A program made the position numbers and the translations under genes. A stretch of DNA of 64,000 nucleotides from Selaginella moellendorffii (Eukaryota; Plantae; Lycopodiophyta), in the NCBI RefSeq assembly GCF_000143415.4, contig NW_003314392.1:34390-98389 (forward strand), given 5' to 3'. This document shows positions 10,240 to 23,979 of the stretch, in pieces. The number at the start of each line of letters is the position of its first letter. Position 1 is the first letter of the stretch. Under the pieces are notes generated by a model that worked only from the letters and a program-made list of their open reading frames with translations, was not told the DNA's origin and did not search any database.

Positions 10240-11389
10240 CGTTACATATTTCGTGTCGGTTAAATTTATTGGGTTTGTGGGGGAGGGGGTTTAACTAGCA
10301 AAGGGCGATTATGGGGAGCGCTTAGTGCGATTAAGTGGGGCTTAAGTTGGGGCAATCGCGGCCGTCGGTGCGGTGGGGTGGTTGACCGGCGGCGATGAGT
10401 TTGACCGGCGGTCCCCGTGACACGTGGCTAGGGCTAGGGTCTGGATATGGGTTTTGCGCGAGTGGGCAAGATCCATGGCTCGGTTTGCGGTGGGACTTGA
10501 ACCGTTGGAAAGCTTGCGTGAGTCCACCCGTTTCCACAGAAACGGATCTGGATTTCGTCGCTCCACCGGCCCGCACCATTGCGATGGGTTTGACGCTGGG
10601 TTTTCGAGCGAGTGGGCAACATCCATGGCTCGGTTTGCGGTGGGACTTGAACCGTTGGAAAGCTTGCGTGAGTCCACCCGTTTCCACAGAAACGGATCCC
10701 GATTTCGTTGCTCCACCGTCCCACACCATTGCAATGGGTTTTGTGCTGTTCCCGTTGCCATATCTCGTGGACCGTGGGCCCCCTTTCGCCCTTGGGCACA
10801 TGGGAGCAACTGGGGCGGTGCGCGCAACTGGCCCATGTGGCCAAGTACATTTTTCCATGTCCTGGGCGCCTGCTTTTGTGGTTTTTCCCACGGAAGAAGA
10901 TGCGTCCCACGTGGCGATCCGTGTGCCCGCCCGCACTCCGGCACCAACGGGGCCGGCCGGCGTGACGCCCCGGTCGCGGCCGTGCCAACGGATCGCGGGC
11001 CCCATGCGTGGGCTGCCGCCGGGAGTGCATCTCACTCTCGAGGAAAACACCGCACTGGCGCTCGGGCCTGCACTGGAACGCGACCCCAGGAGCGCCGTGG
11101 CGAAGCCCGCGTCGAGGGCATCGATCCGAATTGGCTGGGCCCCCCATGCCATGCTGGCACCGTGCGTGCCTTGTCGAAAACGGCACACCCTTGCGACCGC
11201 TGGGCGAAAGGGGCAAACCCCGAGAGGTCCTTGCACCTCCTGTCACTGGGGAGGGTGCCCCCCACGAACACGAACCCAACGGCGCCAGTCCCACGCGAAA
11301 CGCACGCACGGTTCGCGAGAAAACGGCCCCCAACGCCCGCATTCTCCATTATTCCGAGAGAATATTCCCTCCACTACTTAAATTGTGCC

Positions 11390-11488
11390 AAAAAGAGGTG
11401 GCTCCGGGTGGGTCTCGACCCAGGGACCTATTTGAGTGGACTTGTTTTTAGATTGGGGGTCTCTGCCACTAGGCCTCTACCACCTCTC
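11390..11488 (-). ncRNA. Putative Pol III small RNA gene, copy 10
   Basis: Same cassette as copy 1. Confidence 0.65.
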
Positions 11489-12638
11489 CGTTACATATTT
11501 CGTGTCGGTTAAATTTATTGGGTTTGTGGGGGAGGGGGTTTAACTAGCAAAGGGCGATTATGGGGAGCGCTTAGTGCGATTAAGTGGGGCTTAAGTTGGG
11601 GCAATCGCGGCCGTCGGTGCGGTGGGGTGGTTGACCGGCGGCGATGAGTTTGACCGGCGGTCCCCGTGACACGTGGCTAGGGCTAGGGTCTGGATATGGG
11701 TTTTGCGCGAGTGGGCAAGATCCATGGCTCGGTTTGCGGTGGGACTTGAACCGTTGGAAAGCTTGCGTGAGTCCACCCGTTTCCACAGAAACGGATCTGG
11801 ATTTCGTCGCTCCACCGGCCCGCACCATTGCGATGGGTTTGACGCTGGGTTTTCGAGCGAGTGGGCAACATCCATGGCTCGGTTTGCGGTGGGACTTGAA
11901 CCGTTGGAAAGCTTGCGTGAGTCCACCCGTTTCCACAGAAACGGATCCCGATTTCGTTGCTCCACCGTCCCACACCATTGCAATGGGTTTTGTGCTGTTC
12001 CCGTTGCCATATCTCGTGGACCGTGGGCCCCCTTTCGCCCTTGGGCACATGGGAGCAACTGGGGCGGTGCGCGCAACTGGCCCATGTGGCCAAGTACATT
12101 TTTCCATGTCCTGGGCGCCTGCTTTTGTGGTTTTTCCCACGGAAGAAGATGCGTCCCACGTGGCGATCCGTGTGCCCGCCCGCACTCCGGCACCAACGGG
12201 GCCGGCCGGCGTGACGCCCCGGTCGCGGCCGTGCCAACGGATCGCGGGCCCCATGCGTGGGCTGCCGCCGGGAGTGCATCTCACTCTCGAGGAAAACACC
12301 GCACTGGCGCTCGGGCCTGCACTGGAACGCGACCCCAGGAGCGCCGTGGCGAAGCCCGCGTCGAGGGCATCGATCCGAATTGGCTGGGCCCCCCATGCCA
12401 TGCTGGCACCGTGCGTGCCTTGTCGAAAACGGCACACCCTTGCGACCGCTGGGCGAAAGGGGCAAACCCCGAGAGGTCCTTGCACCTCCTGTCACTGGGG
12501 AGGGTGCCCCCCACGAACACGAACCCAACGGCGCCAGTCCCACGCGAAACGCACGCACGGTTCGCGAGAAAACGGCCCCCAACGCCCGCATTCTCCATTA
12601 TTCCGAGAGAATATTCCCTCCACTACTTAAATTGTGCC

Positions 12639-12737
12639 AAAAAGAGGTGGCTCCGGGTGGGTCTCGACCCAGGGACCTATTTGAGTGGACTTGTTTTTAG
12701 ATTGGGGGTCTCTGCCACTAGGCCTCTACCACCTCTC
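12639..12737 (-). ncRNA. Putative Pol III small RNA gene, copy 11
   Basis: Same cassette as copy 1. Confidence 0.65.
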
Positions 12738-13887
12738 CGTTACATATTTCGTGTCGGTTAAATTTATTGGGTTTGTGGGGGAGGGGGTTTAACTAGCAAA
12801 GGGCGATTATGGGGAGCGCTTAGTGCGATTAAGTGGGGCTTAAGTTGGGGCAATCGCGGCCGTCGGTGCGGTGGGGTGGTTGACCGGCGGCGATGAGTTT
12901 GACCGGCGGTCCCCGTGACACGTGGCTAGGGCTAGGGTCTGGATATGGGTTTTGCGCGAGTGGGCAAGATCCATGGCTCGGTTTGCGGTGGGACTTGAAC
13001 CGTTGGAAAGCTTGCGTGAGTCCACCCGTTTCCACAGAAACGGATCTGGATTTCGTCGCTCCACCGGCCCGCACCATTGCGATGGGTTTGACGCTGGGTT
13101 TTCGAGCGAGTGGGCAACATCCATGGCTCGGTTTGCGGTGGGACTTGAACCGTTGGAAAGCTTGCGTGAGTCCACCCGTTTCCACAGAAACGGATCCCGA
13201 TTTCGTTGCTCCACCGTCCCACACCATTGCAATGGGTTTTGTGCTGTTCCCGTTGCCATATCTCGTGGACCGTGGGCCCCCTTTCGCCCTTGGGCACATG
13301 GGAGCAACTGGGGCGGTGCGCGCAACTGGCCCATGTGGCCAAGTACATTTTTCCATGTCCTGGGCGCCTGCTTTTGTGGTTTTTCCCACGGAAGAAGATG
13401 CGTCCCACGTGGCGATCCGTGTGCCCGCCCGCACTCCGGCACCAACGGGGCCGGCCGGCGTGACGCCCCGGTCGCGGCCGTGCCAACGGATCGCGGGCCC
13501 CATGCGTGGGCTGCCGCCGGGAGTGCATCTCACTCTCGAGGAAAACACCGCACTGGCGCTCGGGCCTGCACTGGAACGCGACCCCAGGAGCGCCGTGGCG
13601 AAGCCCGCGTCGAGGGCATCGATCCGAATTGGCTGGGCCCCCCATGCCATGCTGGCACCGTGCGTGCCTTGTCGAAAACGGCACACCCTTGCGACCGCTG
13701 GGCGAAAGGGGCAAACCCCGAGAGGTCCTTGCACCTCCTGTCACTGGGGAGGGTGCCCCCCACGAACACGAACCCAACGGCGCCAGTCCCACGCGAAACG
13801 CACGCACGGTTCGCGAGAAAACGGCCCCCAACGCCCGCATTCTCCATTATTCCGAGAGAATATTCCCTCCACTACTTAAATTGTGCC

Positions 13888-13986
13888 AAAAAGAGGTGGC
13901 TCCGGGTGGGTCTCGACCCAGGGACCTATTTGAGTGGACTTGTTTTTAGATTGGGGGTCTCTGCCACTAGGCCTCTACCACCTCTC
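13888..13986 (-). ncRNA. Putative Pol III small RNA gene, copy 12
   Basis: Same cassette as copy 1. Confidence 0.65.
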
Positions 13987-15135
13987 CGTTACATATTTCG
14001 TGTCGGTTAAATTTATTGGGTTTGTGGGGGAGGGGGTTTAACTAGCAAAGGGCGATTATGGGGAGCGCTTAGTGCGATTAAGTGGGGCTTAAGTTGGGGC
14101 AATCGCGGCCGTCGGTGCGGTGGGGTGGTTGACCGGCGGCGATGAGTTTGACCGGCGGTCCCCGTGACACGTGGCTAGGGCTAGGGTCTGGATATGGGTT
14201 TGCGCGAGTGGGCAAGATCCATGGCTCGGTTTGCGGTGGGACTTGAACCGTTGGAAAGCTTGCGTGAGTCCACCCGTTTCCACAGAAACGGATCTGGATT
14301 TCGTCGCTCCACCGGCCCGCACCATTGCGATGGGTTTGACGCTGGGTTTTCGAGCGAGTGGGCAACATCCATGGCTCGGTCTGCGGTGGGACTTGAACCG
14401 TTGGAAAGCTTGCGTGAGTCCACCCGTTTCCACAGAAACGGATCCCGATTTCGTTGCTCCACCGTCCCACACCATTGCAATGGGTTTTGTGCTGTTCCCG
14501 TTGCCATATCTCGTGGACCGTGGGCCCCCTTTCGCCCTTGGGCACATGGGAGCAACTGGGGCGGTGCGCGCAACTGGCCCATGTGGCCAAGTACATTTTT
14601 CCATGTCCTGGGCGCCTGCTTTTGTGGTTTTTCCCACGGAAGAAGATGCGTCCCACGTGGCGATCCGTGTGCCCGCCCGCACTCCGGCACCAACGGGGCC
14701 GGCCGGCGTGACGCCCCGGTCGCGGCCGTGCCAACGGATCGCGGGCCCCATGCGTGGGCTGCCGCCGGGAGTGCATCTCACTCTCGAGGAAAACACCGCA
14801 CTGGCGCTCGGGCCTGCACTGGAACGCGACCCCAGGAGCGCCGTGGCGAAGCCCGCGTCGAGGGCATCGATCCGAATTGGCTGGGCCCCCCATGCCATGC
14901 TGGCACCGTGCGTGCCTTGTCGAAAACGGCACACCCTTGCGACCGCTGGGCGAAAGGGGCAAACCCCGAGAGGTCCTTGCACCTCCTGTCACTGGGGAGG
15001 GTGCCCCCCACGAACACGAACCCAACGGCGCCAGTCCCACGCGAAACGCACGCACGGTTCGCGAGAAAACGGCCCCCAACGCCCGCATTCTCCATTATTC
15101 CGAGAGAATATTCCCTCCACTACTTAAATTGTGCC

Positions 15136-15234
15136 AAAAAGAGGTGGCTCCGGGTGGGTCTCGACCCAGGGACCTATTTGAGTGGACTTGTTTTTAGATT
15201 GGGGGTCTCTGCCACTAGGCCTCTACCACCTCTC
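15136..15234 (-). ncRNA. Putative Pol III small RNA gene, copy 13
   Basis: Same cassette as copy 1. Confidence 0.65.
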
Positions 15235-16384
15235 CGTTACATATTTCGTGTCGGTTAAATTTATTGGGTTTGTGGGGGAGGGGGTTTAACTAGCAAAGGG
15301 CGATTATGGGGAGCGCTTAGTGCGATTAAGTGGGGCTTAAGTTGGGCCAATCGCGGCCGTCGGTGCGGTGGGGTGGTTGACCGGCGGCGATGAGTTTGAC
15401 CGGCGGTCCCCGTGACACGTGGCTAGGGCTAGGGTCTGGATATGGGTTTTGCGCGAGTGGGCAAGATCCATGGCTCGGTTTGCGGTGGGACTTGAACCGT
15501 TGGAAAGCTTGCGTGAGTCCACCCGTTTCCACAGAAACGGATCTGGATTTCGTCGCTCCACCGGCCCGCACCATTGCGATGGGTTTGACGCTGGGTTTTC
15601 GAGCGAGTGGGCAACATCCATGGCTCGGTTTGCGGTGGGACTTGAACCGTTGGAAAGCTTGCGTGAGTCCACCCGTTTCCACAGAAACGGATCCCGATTT
15701 CGTTGCTCCACCGTCCCACACCATTGCAATGGGTTTTGTGCTGTTCCCGTTGCCATATCTCGTGGACCGTGGGCCCCCTTTCGCCCTTGGGCACATGGGA
15801 GCAACTGGGGCGGTGCGCGCAACTGGCCCATGTGGCCAAGTACATTTTTCCATGTCCTGGGCGCCTGCTTTTGTGGTTTTTCCCACGGAAGAAGATGCGT
15901 CCCACGTGGCGATCCGTGTGCCCGCCCGCACTCCGGCACCAACGGGGCCGGCCGGCGTGACGCCCCGGTCGCGGCCGTGCCAACGGATCGCGGGCCCCAT
16001 GCGTGGGCTGCCGCCGGGAGTGCATCTCACTCTCGAGGAAAACACCGCACTGGCGCTCGGGCCTGCACTGGAACGCGACCCCAGGAGCGCCGTGGCGAAG
16101 CCCGCGTCGAGGGCATCGATCCGAATTGGCTGGGCCCCCCATGCCATGCTGGCACCGTGCGTGCCTTGTCGAAAACGGCACACCCTTGCGACCGCTGGGC
16201 GAAAGGGGCAAACCCCGAGAGGTCCTTGCACCTCCTGTCACTGGGGAGGGTGCCCCCCACGAACACGAACCCAACGGCGCCAGTCCCACGCGAAACGCAC
16301 GCACGGTTCGCGAGAAAACGGCCCCCAACGCCCGCATTCTCCATTATTCCGAGAGAATATTCCCTCCACTACTTAAATTGTGCC

Positions 16385-16483
16385 AAAAAGAGGTGGCTCC
16401 GGGTGGGTCTCGACCCAGGGACCTATTTGAGTGGACTTGTTTTTAGATTGGGGGTCTCTGCCACTAGGCCTCTACCACCTCTC
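16385..16483 (-). ncRNA. Putative Pol III small RNA gene, copy 14
   Basis: Same cassette as copy 1. Confidence 0.65.
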
Positions 16484-17633
16484 CGTTACATATTTCGTGT
16501 CGGTTAAATTTATTGGGTTTGTGGGGGAGGGGGTTTAACTAGCAAAGGGCGATTATGGGGAGCGCTTAGTGCGATTAAGTGGGGCTTAAGTTGGGGCAAT
16601 CGCGGCCGTCGGTGCGGTGGGGTGGTTGACCGGCGGCGATGAGTTTGACCGGCGGTCCCCGTGACACGTGGCTAGGGCTAGGGTCTGGATATGGGTTTTG
16701 CGCGAGTGGGCAAGATCCATGGCTCGGTTTGCGGTGGGACTTGAACCGTTGGAAAGCTTGCGTGAGTCCACCCGTTTCCACAGAAACGGATCTGGATTTC
16801 GTCGCTCCACCGGCCCGCACCATTGCGATGGGTTTGACGCTGGGTTTTCGAGCGAGTGGGCAACATCCATGGCTCGGTTTGCGGTGGGACTTGAACCGTT
16901 GGAAAGCTTGCGTGAGTCCACCCGTTTCCACAGAAACGGATCCCGATTTCGTTGCTCCACCGTCCCACACCATTGCAATGGGTTTTGTGCTGTTCCCGTT
17001 GCCATATCTCGTGGACCGTGGGCCCCCTTTCGCCCTTGGGCACATGGGAGCAACTGGGGCGGTGCGCGCAACTGGCCCATGTGGCCAAGTACATTTTTCC
17101 ATGTCCTGGGCGCCTGCTTTTGTGGTTTTTCCCACGGAAGAAGATGCGTCCCACGTGGCGATCCGTGTGCCCGCCCGCACTCCGGCACCAACGGGGCCGG
17201 CCGGCGTGACGCCCCGGTCGCGGCCGTGCCAACGGATCGCGGGCCCCATGCGTGGGCTGCCGCCGGGAGTGCATCTCACTCTCGAGGAAAACACCGCACT
17301 GGCGCTCGGGCCTGCACTGGAACGCGACCCCAGGAGCGCCGTGGCGAAGCCCGCGTCGAGGGCATCGATCCGAATTGGCTGGGCCCCCCATGCCATGCTG
17401 GCACCGTGCGTGCCTTGTCGAAAACGGCACACCCTTGCGACCGCTGGGCGAAAGGGGCAAACCCCGAGAGGTCCTTGCACCTCCTGTCACTGGGGAGGGT
17501 GCCCCCCACGAACACGAACCCAACGGCGCCAGTCCCACGCGAAACGCACGCACGGTTCGCGAGAAAACGGGCCCCAACGCCCGCATTCTCCATTATTCCG
17601 AGAGAATATTCCCTCCACTACTTAAATTGTGCC

Positions 17634-17732
17634 AAAAAGAGGTGGCTCCGGGTGGGTCTCGACCCAGGGACCTATTTGAGTGGACTTGTTTTTAGATTGG
17701 GGGTCTCTGCCACTAGGCCTCTACCACCTCTC
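17634..17732 (-). ncRNA. Putative Pol III small RNA gene, copy 15
   Basis: Same cassette as copy 1. Confidence 0.65.
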
Positions 17733-18883
17733 CGTTACATATTTCGTGTCGGTTAAATTTATTGGGTTTGTGGGGGAGGGGGTTTAACTAGCAAAGGGCG
17801 ATTATGGGGAGCGCTTAGTGCGATTAAGTGGGGCTTAAGTTGGGGCAATCGCGGCCGTCGGTGCGGTGGGGTGGTTGACCGGCGGCGATGAGTTTGACCG
17901 GCGGTCCCCGTGACACGTGGCTAGGGCTAGGGTCTGGATATGGGTTATGCGCGAGTGGGCAAGATCCATGGCTCGGTTTGCGGTGGGACTTGAACCGTTG
18001 GAAAGCTTGCGTGAGTCCACCCGCTTTCCACAGAAACGGATCTGGATTTCGTCGCTCCACCGGCCCGCACCATTGCGATGGGTTTGACGCTGGGTTTTCG
18101 AGCGAGTGGGCAACATCCATGGCTCGGTTTGCGGTGGGACTTGAACCGTTGGAAAGCTTGCGTGAGTCCACCCGTTTCCACAGAAACGGATCCCGATTTC
18201 GTTGCTCCACCGTCCCACACCATTGCAATGGGTTTTGTGCTGTTCCCGTTGCCATATCTCGTGGACCGTGGGCCCCCTTTCGCCCTTGGGCACATGGGAG
18301 CAACTGGGGCGGTGCGCGCAACTGGCCCATGTGGCCAAGTACATTTTTCCATGTCCTGGGCGCCTGCTTTTGTGGTTTTTCCCACGGAAGAAGATGCGTC
18401 CCACGTGGCGATCCGTGTGCCCGCCCGCACTCCGGCACCAACGGGGCCGGCCGGCGTGACGCCCCGGTCGCGGCCGTGCCAACGGATCGCGGGCCCCATG
18501 CGTGGGCTGCCGCCGGGAGTGCATCTCACTCTCGAGGAAAACACCGCACTGGCGCTCGGGCCTGCACTGGAACGCGACCCCAGGAGCGCCGTGGCGAAGC
18601 CCGCGTCGAGGGCATCGATCCGAATTGGCTGGGCCCCCCATGCCATGCTGGCACCGTGCGTGCCTTGTCGAAAACGGCACACCCTTGCGACCGCTGGGCG
18701 AAAGGGGCAAACCCCGAGAGGTCCTTGCACCTCCTGTCACTGGGGAGGGTGCCCCCCACGAACACGAACCCAACGGCGCCAGTCCCACGCGAAACGCACG
18801 CACGGTTCGCGAGAAAACGGCCCCCAACGCCCGCATTCTCCATTATTCCGAGAGAATATTCCCTCCACTACTTAAATTGTGCC

Positions 18884-18982
18884 AAAAAGAGGTGGCTCCG
18901 GGTGGGTCTCGACCCAGGGACCTATTTGAGTGGACTTGTTTTTAGATTGGGGGTCTCTGCCACTAGGCCTCTACCACCTCTC
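18884..18982 (-). ncRNA. Putative Pol III small RNA gene, copy 16
   Basis: Same cassette as copy 1. Confidence 0.65.
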
Positions 18983-20132
18983 CGTTACATATTTCGTGTC
19001 GGTTAAATTTATTGGGTTTGTGGGGGAGGGGGTTTAACTAGCAAAGGGCGATTATGGGGAGCGCTTAGTGCGATTAAGTGGGGCTTAAGTTGGGGCAATC
19101 GCGGCCGTCGGTGCGGTGGGGTGGTTGACCGGCGGCGATGAGTTTGACCGGCGGTCCCCGTGACACGTGGCTAGGGCTAGGGTCTGGATATGGGTTTTGC
19201 GCGAGTGGGCAAGATCCATGGCTCGGTTTGCGGTGGGACTTGAACCGTTGGAAAGCTTGCGTGAGTCCACCCGTTTCCACAGAAACGGATCTGGATTTCG
19301 TCGCTCCACCGGCCCGCACCATTGCGATGGGTTTGACGCTGGGTTTTCGAGCGAGTGGGCAACATCCATGGCTCGGTTTGCGGTGGGACTTGAACCGTTG
19401 GAAAGCTTGCGTGAGTCCACCCGTTTCCACAGAAACGGATCCCGATTTCGTTGCTCCACCGTCCCACACCATTGCAATGGGTTTTGTGCTGTTCCCGTTG
19501 CCATATCTCGTGGACCGTGGGCCCCCTTTCGCCCTTGGGCACATGGGAGCAACTGGGGCGGTGCGCGCAACTGGCCCATGTGGCCAAGTACATTTTTCCA
19601 TGTCCTGGGCGCCTGCTTTTGTGGTTTTTCCCACGGAAGAAGATGCGTCCCACGTGGCGATCCGTGTGCCCGCCCGCACTCCGGCACCAACGGGGCCGGC
19701 CGGCGTGACGCCCCGGTCGCGGCCGTGCCAACGGATCGCGGGCCCCATGCGTGGGCTGCCGCCGGGAGTGCATCTCACTCTCGAGGAAAACACCGCACTG
19801 GCGCTCGGGCCTGCACTGGAACGCGACCCCAGGAGCGCCGTGGCGAAGCCCGCGTCGAGGGCATCGATCCGAATTGGCTGGGCCCCCCATGCCATGCTGG
19901 CACCGTGCGTGCCTTGTCGAAAACGGCACACCCTTGCGACCGCTGGGCGAAAGGGGCAAACCCCGAGAGGTCCTTGCACCTCCTGTCACTGGGGAGGGTG
20001 CCCCCCACGAACACGAACCCAACGGCGCCAGTCCCACGCGAAACGCACGCACGGTTCGCGAGAAAACGGCCCCCAACGCCCGCATTCTCCATTATTCCGA
20101 GAGAATATTCCCTCCACTACTTAAATTGTGCC

Positions 20133-20231
20133 AAAAAGAGGTGGCTCCGGGTGGGTCTCGACCCAGGGACCTATTTGAGTGGACTTGTTTTTAGATTGGG
20201 GGTCTCTGCCACTAGGCCTCTACCACCTCTC
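20133..20231 (-). ncRNA. Putative Pol III small RNA gene, copy 17
   Basis: Same cassette as copy 1. Confidence 0.65.
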
Positions 20232-21381
20232 CGTTACATATTTCGTGTCGGTTAAATTTATTGGGTTTGTGGGGGAGGGGGTTTAACTAGCAAAGGGCGA
20301 TTATGGGGAGCGCTTAGTGCGATTAAGTGGGGCTTAAGTTGGGGCAATCGCGGCCGTCGGTGCGGTGGGGTGGTTGACCGGCGGCGATGAGTTTGACCGG
20401 CGGTCCCCGTGACACGTGGCTAGGGCTAGGGTCTGGATATGGGTTTTGCGCGAGTGGGCAAGATCCATGGCTCGGTTTGCGGTGGGACTTGAACCGTTGG
20501 AAAGCTTGCGTGAGTCCACCCGTTTCCACAGAAACGGATCTGGATTTCGTCGCTCCACCGGCCCGCACCATTGCGATGGGTTTGACGCTGGGTTTTCGAG
20601 CGAGTGGGCAACATCCATGGCTCGGTTTGCGGTGGGACTTGAACCGTTGGAAAGCTTGCGTGAGTCCACCCGTTTCCACAGAAACGGATCCCGATTTCGT
20701 TGCTCCACCGTCCCACACCATTGCAATGGGTTTTGTGCTGTTCCCGTTGCCATATCTCGTGGACCGTGGGCCCCCTTTCGCCCTTGGGCACATGGGAGCA
20801 ACTGGGGCGGTGCGCGCAACTGGCCCATGTGGCCAAGTACATTTTTCCATGTCCTGGGCGCCTGCTTTTGTGGTTTTTCCCACGGAAGAAGATGCGTCCC
20901 ACGTGGCGATCCGTGTGCCCGCCCGCACTCCGGCACCAACGGGGCCGGCCGGCGTGACGCCCCGGTCGCGGCCGTGCCAACGGATCGCGGGCCCCATGCG
21001 TGGGCTGCCGCCGGGAGTGCATCTCACTCTCGAGGAAAACACCGCACTGGCGCTCGGGCCTGCACTGGAACGCGACCCCAGGAGCGCCGTGGCGAAGCCC
21101 GCGTCGAGGGCATCGATCCGAATTGGCTGGGCCCCCCATGCCATGCTGGCACCGTGCGTGCCTTGTCGAAAACGGCACACCCTTGCGACCGCTGGGCGAA
21201 AGGGGCAAACCCCGAGAGGTCCTTGCACCTCCTGTCACTGGGGAGGGTGCCCCCCACGAACACGAACCCAACGGCGCCAGTCCCACGCGAAACGCACGCA
21301 CGGTTCGCGAGAAAACGGCCCCCAACGCCCGCATTCTCCATTATTCCGAGAGAATATTCCCTCCACTACTTAAATTGTGCC

Positions 21382-21480
21382 AAAAAGAGGTGGCTCCGGG
21401 TGGGTCTCGACCCAGGGACCTATTTGAGTGGACTTGTTTTTAGATTGGGGGTCTCTGCCACTAGGCCTCTACCACCTCTC
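21382..21480 (-). ncRNA. Putative Pol III small RNA gene, copy 18
   Basis: Same cassette as copy 1. Confidence 0.65.
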
Positions 21481-22631
21481 CGTTACATATTTCGTGTCGG
21501 TTAAATTTATTGGGTTTGTGGGGGAGGGGGTTTAACTAGCAAAGGGCGATTATGGGGAGCGCTTAGTGCGATTAAGTGGGGCTTAAGTTGGGGCAATCGC
21601 GGCCGTCGGTGCGGTGGGGTGGTTGACCGGCGGCGATGAGTTTGACCCGGCGGTCCCCGTGACACGTGGCTAGGGCTAGGGTCTGGATATGGGTTTTGCG
21701 CGAGTGGGCAAGATCCATGGCTCGGTTTGCGGTGGGACTTGAACCGTTGGAAAGCTTGCGTGAGTCCACCCGTTTCCACAGAAACGGATCTGGATTTCGT
21801 CGCTCCACCGGCCCGCACCATTGCGATGGGTTTGACGCTGGGTTTTCGAGCGAGTGGGCAACATCCATGGCTCGGTTTGCGGTGGGACTTGAACCGTTGG
21901 AAAGCTTGCGTGAGTCCACCCGTTTCCACAGAAACGGATCCCGATTTCGTTGCTCCACCGTCCCACACCATTGCAATGGGTTTTGTGCTGTTCCCGTTGC
22001 CATATCTCGTGGACCGTGGGCCCCCTTTCGCCCTTGGGCACATGGGAGCAACTGGGGCGGTGCGCGCAACTGGCCCATGTGGCCAAGTACATTTTTCCAT
22101 GTCCTGGGCGCCTGCTTTTGTGGTTTTTCCCACGGAAGAAGATGCGTCCCACGTGGCGATCCGTGTGCCCGCCCGCACTCCGGCACCAACGGGGCCGGCC
22201 GGCGTGACGCCCCGGTCGCGGCCGTGCCAACGGATCGCGGGCCCCATGCGTGGGCTGCCGCCGGGAGTGCATCTCACTCTCGAGGAAAACACCGCACTGG
22301 CGCTCGGGCCTGCACTGGAACGCGACCCCAGGAGCGCCGTGGCGAAGCCCGCGTCGAGGGCATCGATCCGAATTGGCTGGGCCCCCCATGCCATGCTGGC
22401 ACCGTGCGTGCCTTGTCGAAAACGGCACACCCTTGCGACCGCTGGGCGAAAGGGGCAAACCCCGAGAGGTCCTTGCACCTCCTGTCACTGGGGAGGGTGC
22501 CCCCCACGAACACGAACCCAACGGCGCCAGTCCCACGCGAAACGCACGCACGGTTCGCGAGAAAACGGCCCCCAACGCCCGCATTCTCCATTATTCCGAG
22601 AGAATATTCCCTCCACTACTTAAATTGTGCC

Positions 22632-22730
22632 AAAAAGAGGTGGCTCCGGGTGGGTCTCGACCCAGGGACCTATTTGAGTGGACTTGTTTTTAGATTGGGG
22701 GTCTCTGCCACTAGGCCTCTACCACCTCTC
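22632..22730 (-). ncRNA. Putative Pol III small RNA gene, copy 19
   Basis: Same cassette as copy 1. Confidence 0.65.
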
Positions 22731-23880
22731 CGTTACATATTTCGTGTCGGTTAAATTTATTGGGTTTGTGGGGGAGGGGGTTTAACTAGCAAAGGGCGAT
22801 TATGGGGAGCGCTTAGTGCGATTAAGTGGGGCTTAAGTTGGGGCAATCGCGGCCGTCGGTGCGGTGGGGTGGTTGACCGGCGGCGATGAGTTTGACCGGC
22901 GGTCCCCGTGACACGTGGCTAGGGCTAGGGTCTGGATATGGGTTTTGCGCGAGTGGGCAAGATCCATGGCTCGGTTTGCGGTGGGACTTGAACCGTTGGA
23001 AAGCTTGCGTGAGTCCACCCGTTTCCACAGAAACGGATCTGGATTTCGTCGCTCCACCGGCCCGCACCATTGCGATGGGTTTGACGCTGGGTTTTCGAGC
23101 GAGTGGGCAACATCCATGGCTCGGTTTGCGGTGGGACTTGAACCGTTGGAAAGCTTGCGTGAGTCCACCCGTTTCCACAGAAACGGATCCCGATTTCGTT
23201 GCTCCACCGTCCCACACCATTGCAATGGGTTTTGTGCTGTTCCCGTTGCCATATCTCGTGGACCGTGGGCCCCCTTTCGCCCTTGGGCACATGGGAGCAA
23301 CTGGGGCGGTGCGCGCAACTGGCCCATGTGGCCAAGTACATTTTTCCATGTCCTGGGCGCCTGCTTTTGTGGTTTTTCCCACGGAAGAAGATGCGTCCCA
23401 CGTGGCGATCCGTGTGCCCGCCCGCACTCCGGCACCAACGGGGCCGGCCGGCGTGACGCCCCGGTCGCGGCCGTGCCAACGGATCGCGGGCCCCATGCGT
23501 GGGCTGCCGCCGGGAGTGCATCTCACTCTCGAGGAAAACACCGCACTGGCGCTCGGGCCTGCACTGGAACGCGACCCCAGGAGCGCCGTGGCGAAGCCCG
23601 CGTCGAGGGCATCGATCCGAATTGGCTGGGCCCCCCATGCCATGCTGGCACCGTGCGTGCCTTGTCGAAAACGGCACACCCTTGCGACCGCTGGGCGAAA
23701 GGGGCAAACCCCGAGAGGTCCTTGCACCTCCTGTCACTGGGGAGGGTGCCCCCCACGAACACGAACCCAACGGCGCCAGTCCCACGCGAAACGCACGCAC
23801 GGTTCGCGAGAAAACGGCCCCCAACGCCCGCATTCTCCATTATTCCGAGAGAATATTCCCTCCACTACTTAAATTGTGCC

Positions 23881-23979
23881 AAAAAGAGGTGGCTCCGGGT
23901 GGGTCTCGACCCAGGGACCTATTTGAGTGGACTTGTTTTTAGATTGGGGGTCTCTGCCACTAGGCCTCTACCACCTCTC
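23881..23979 (-). ncRNA. Putative Pol III small RNA gene, copy 20
   Basis: Same cassette as copy 1. Confidence 0.65.
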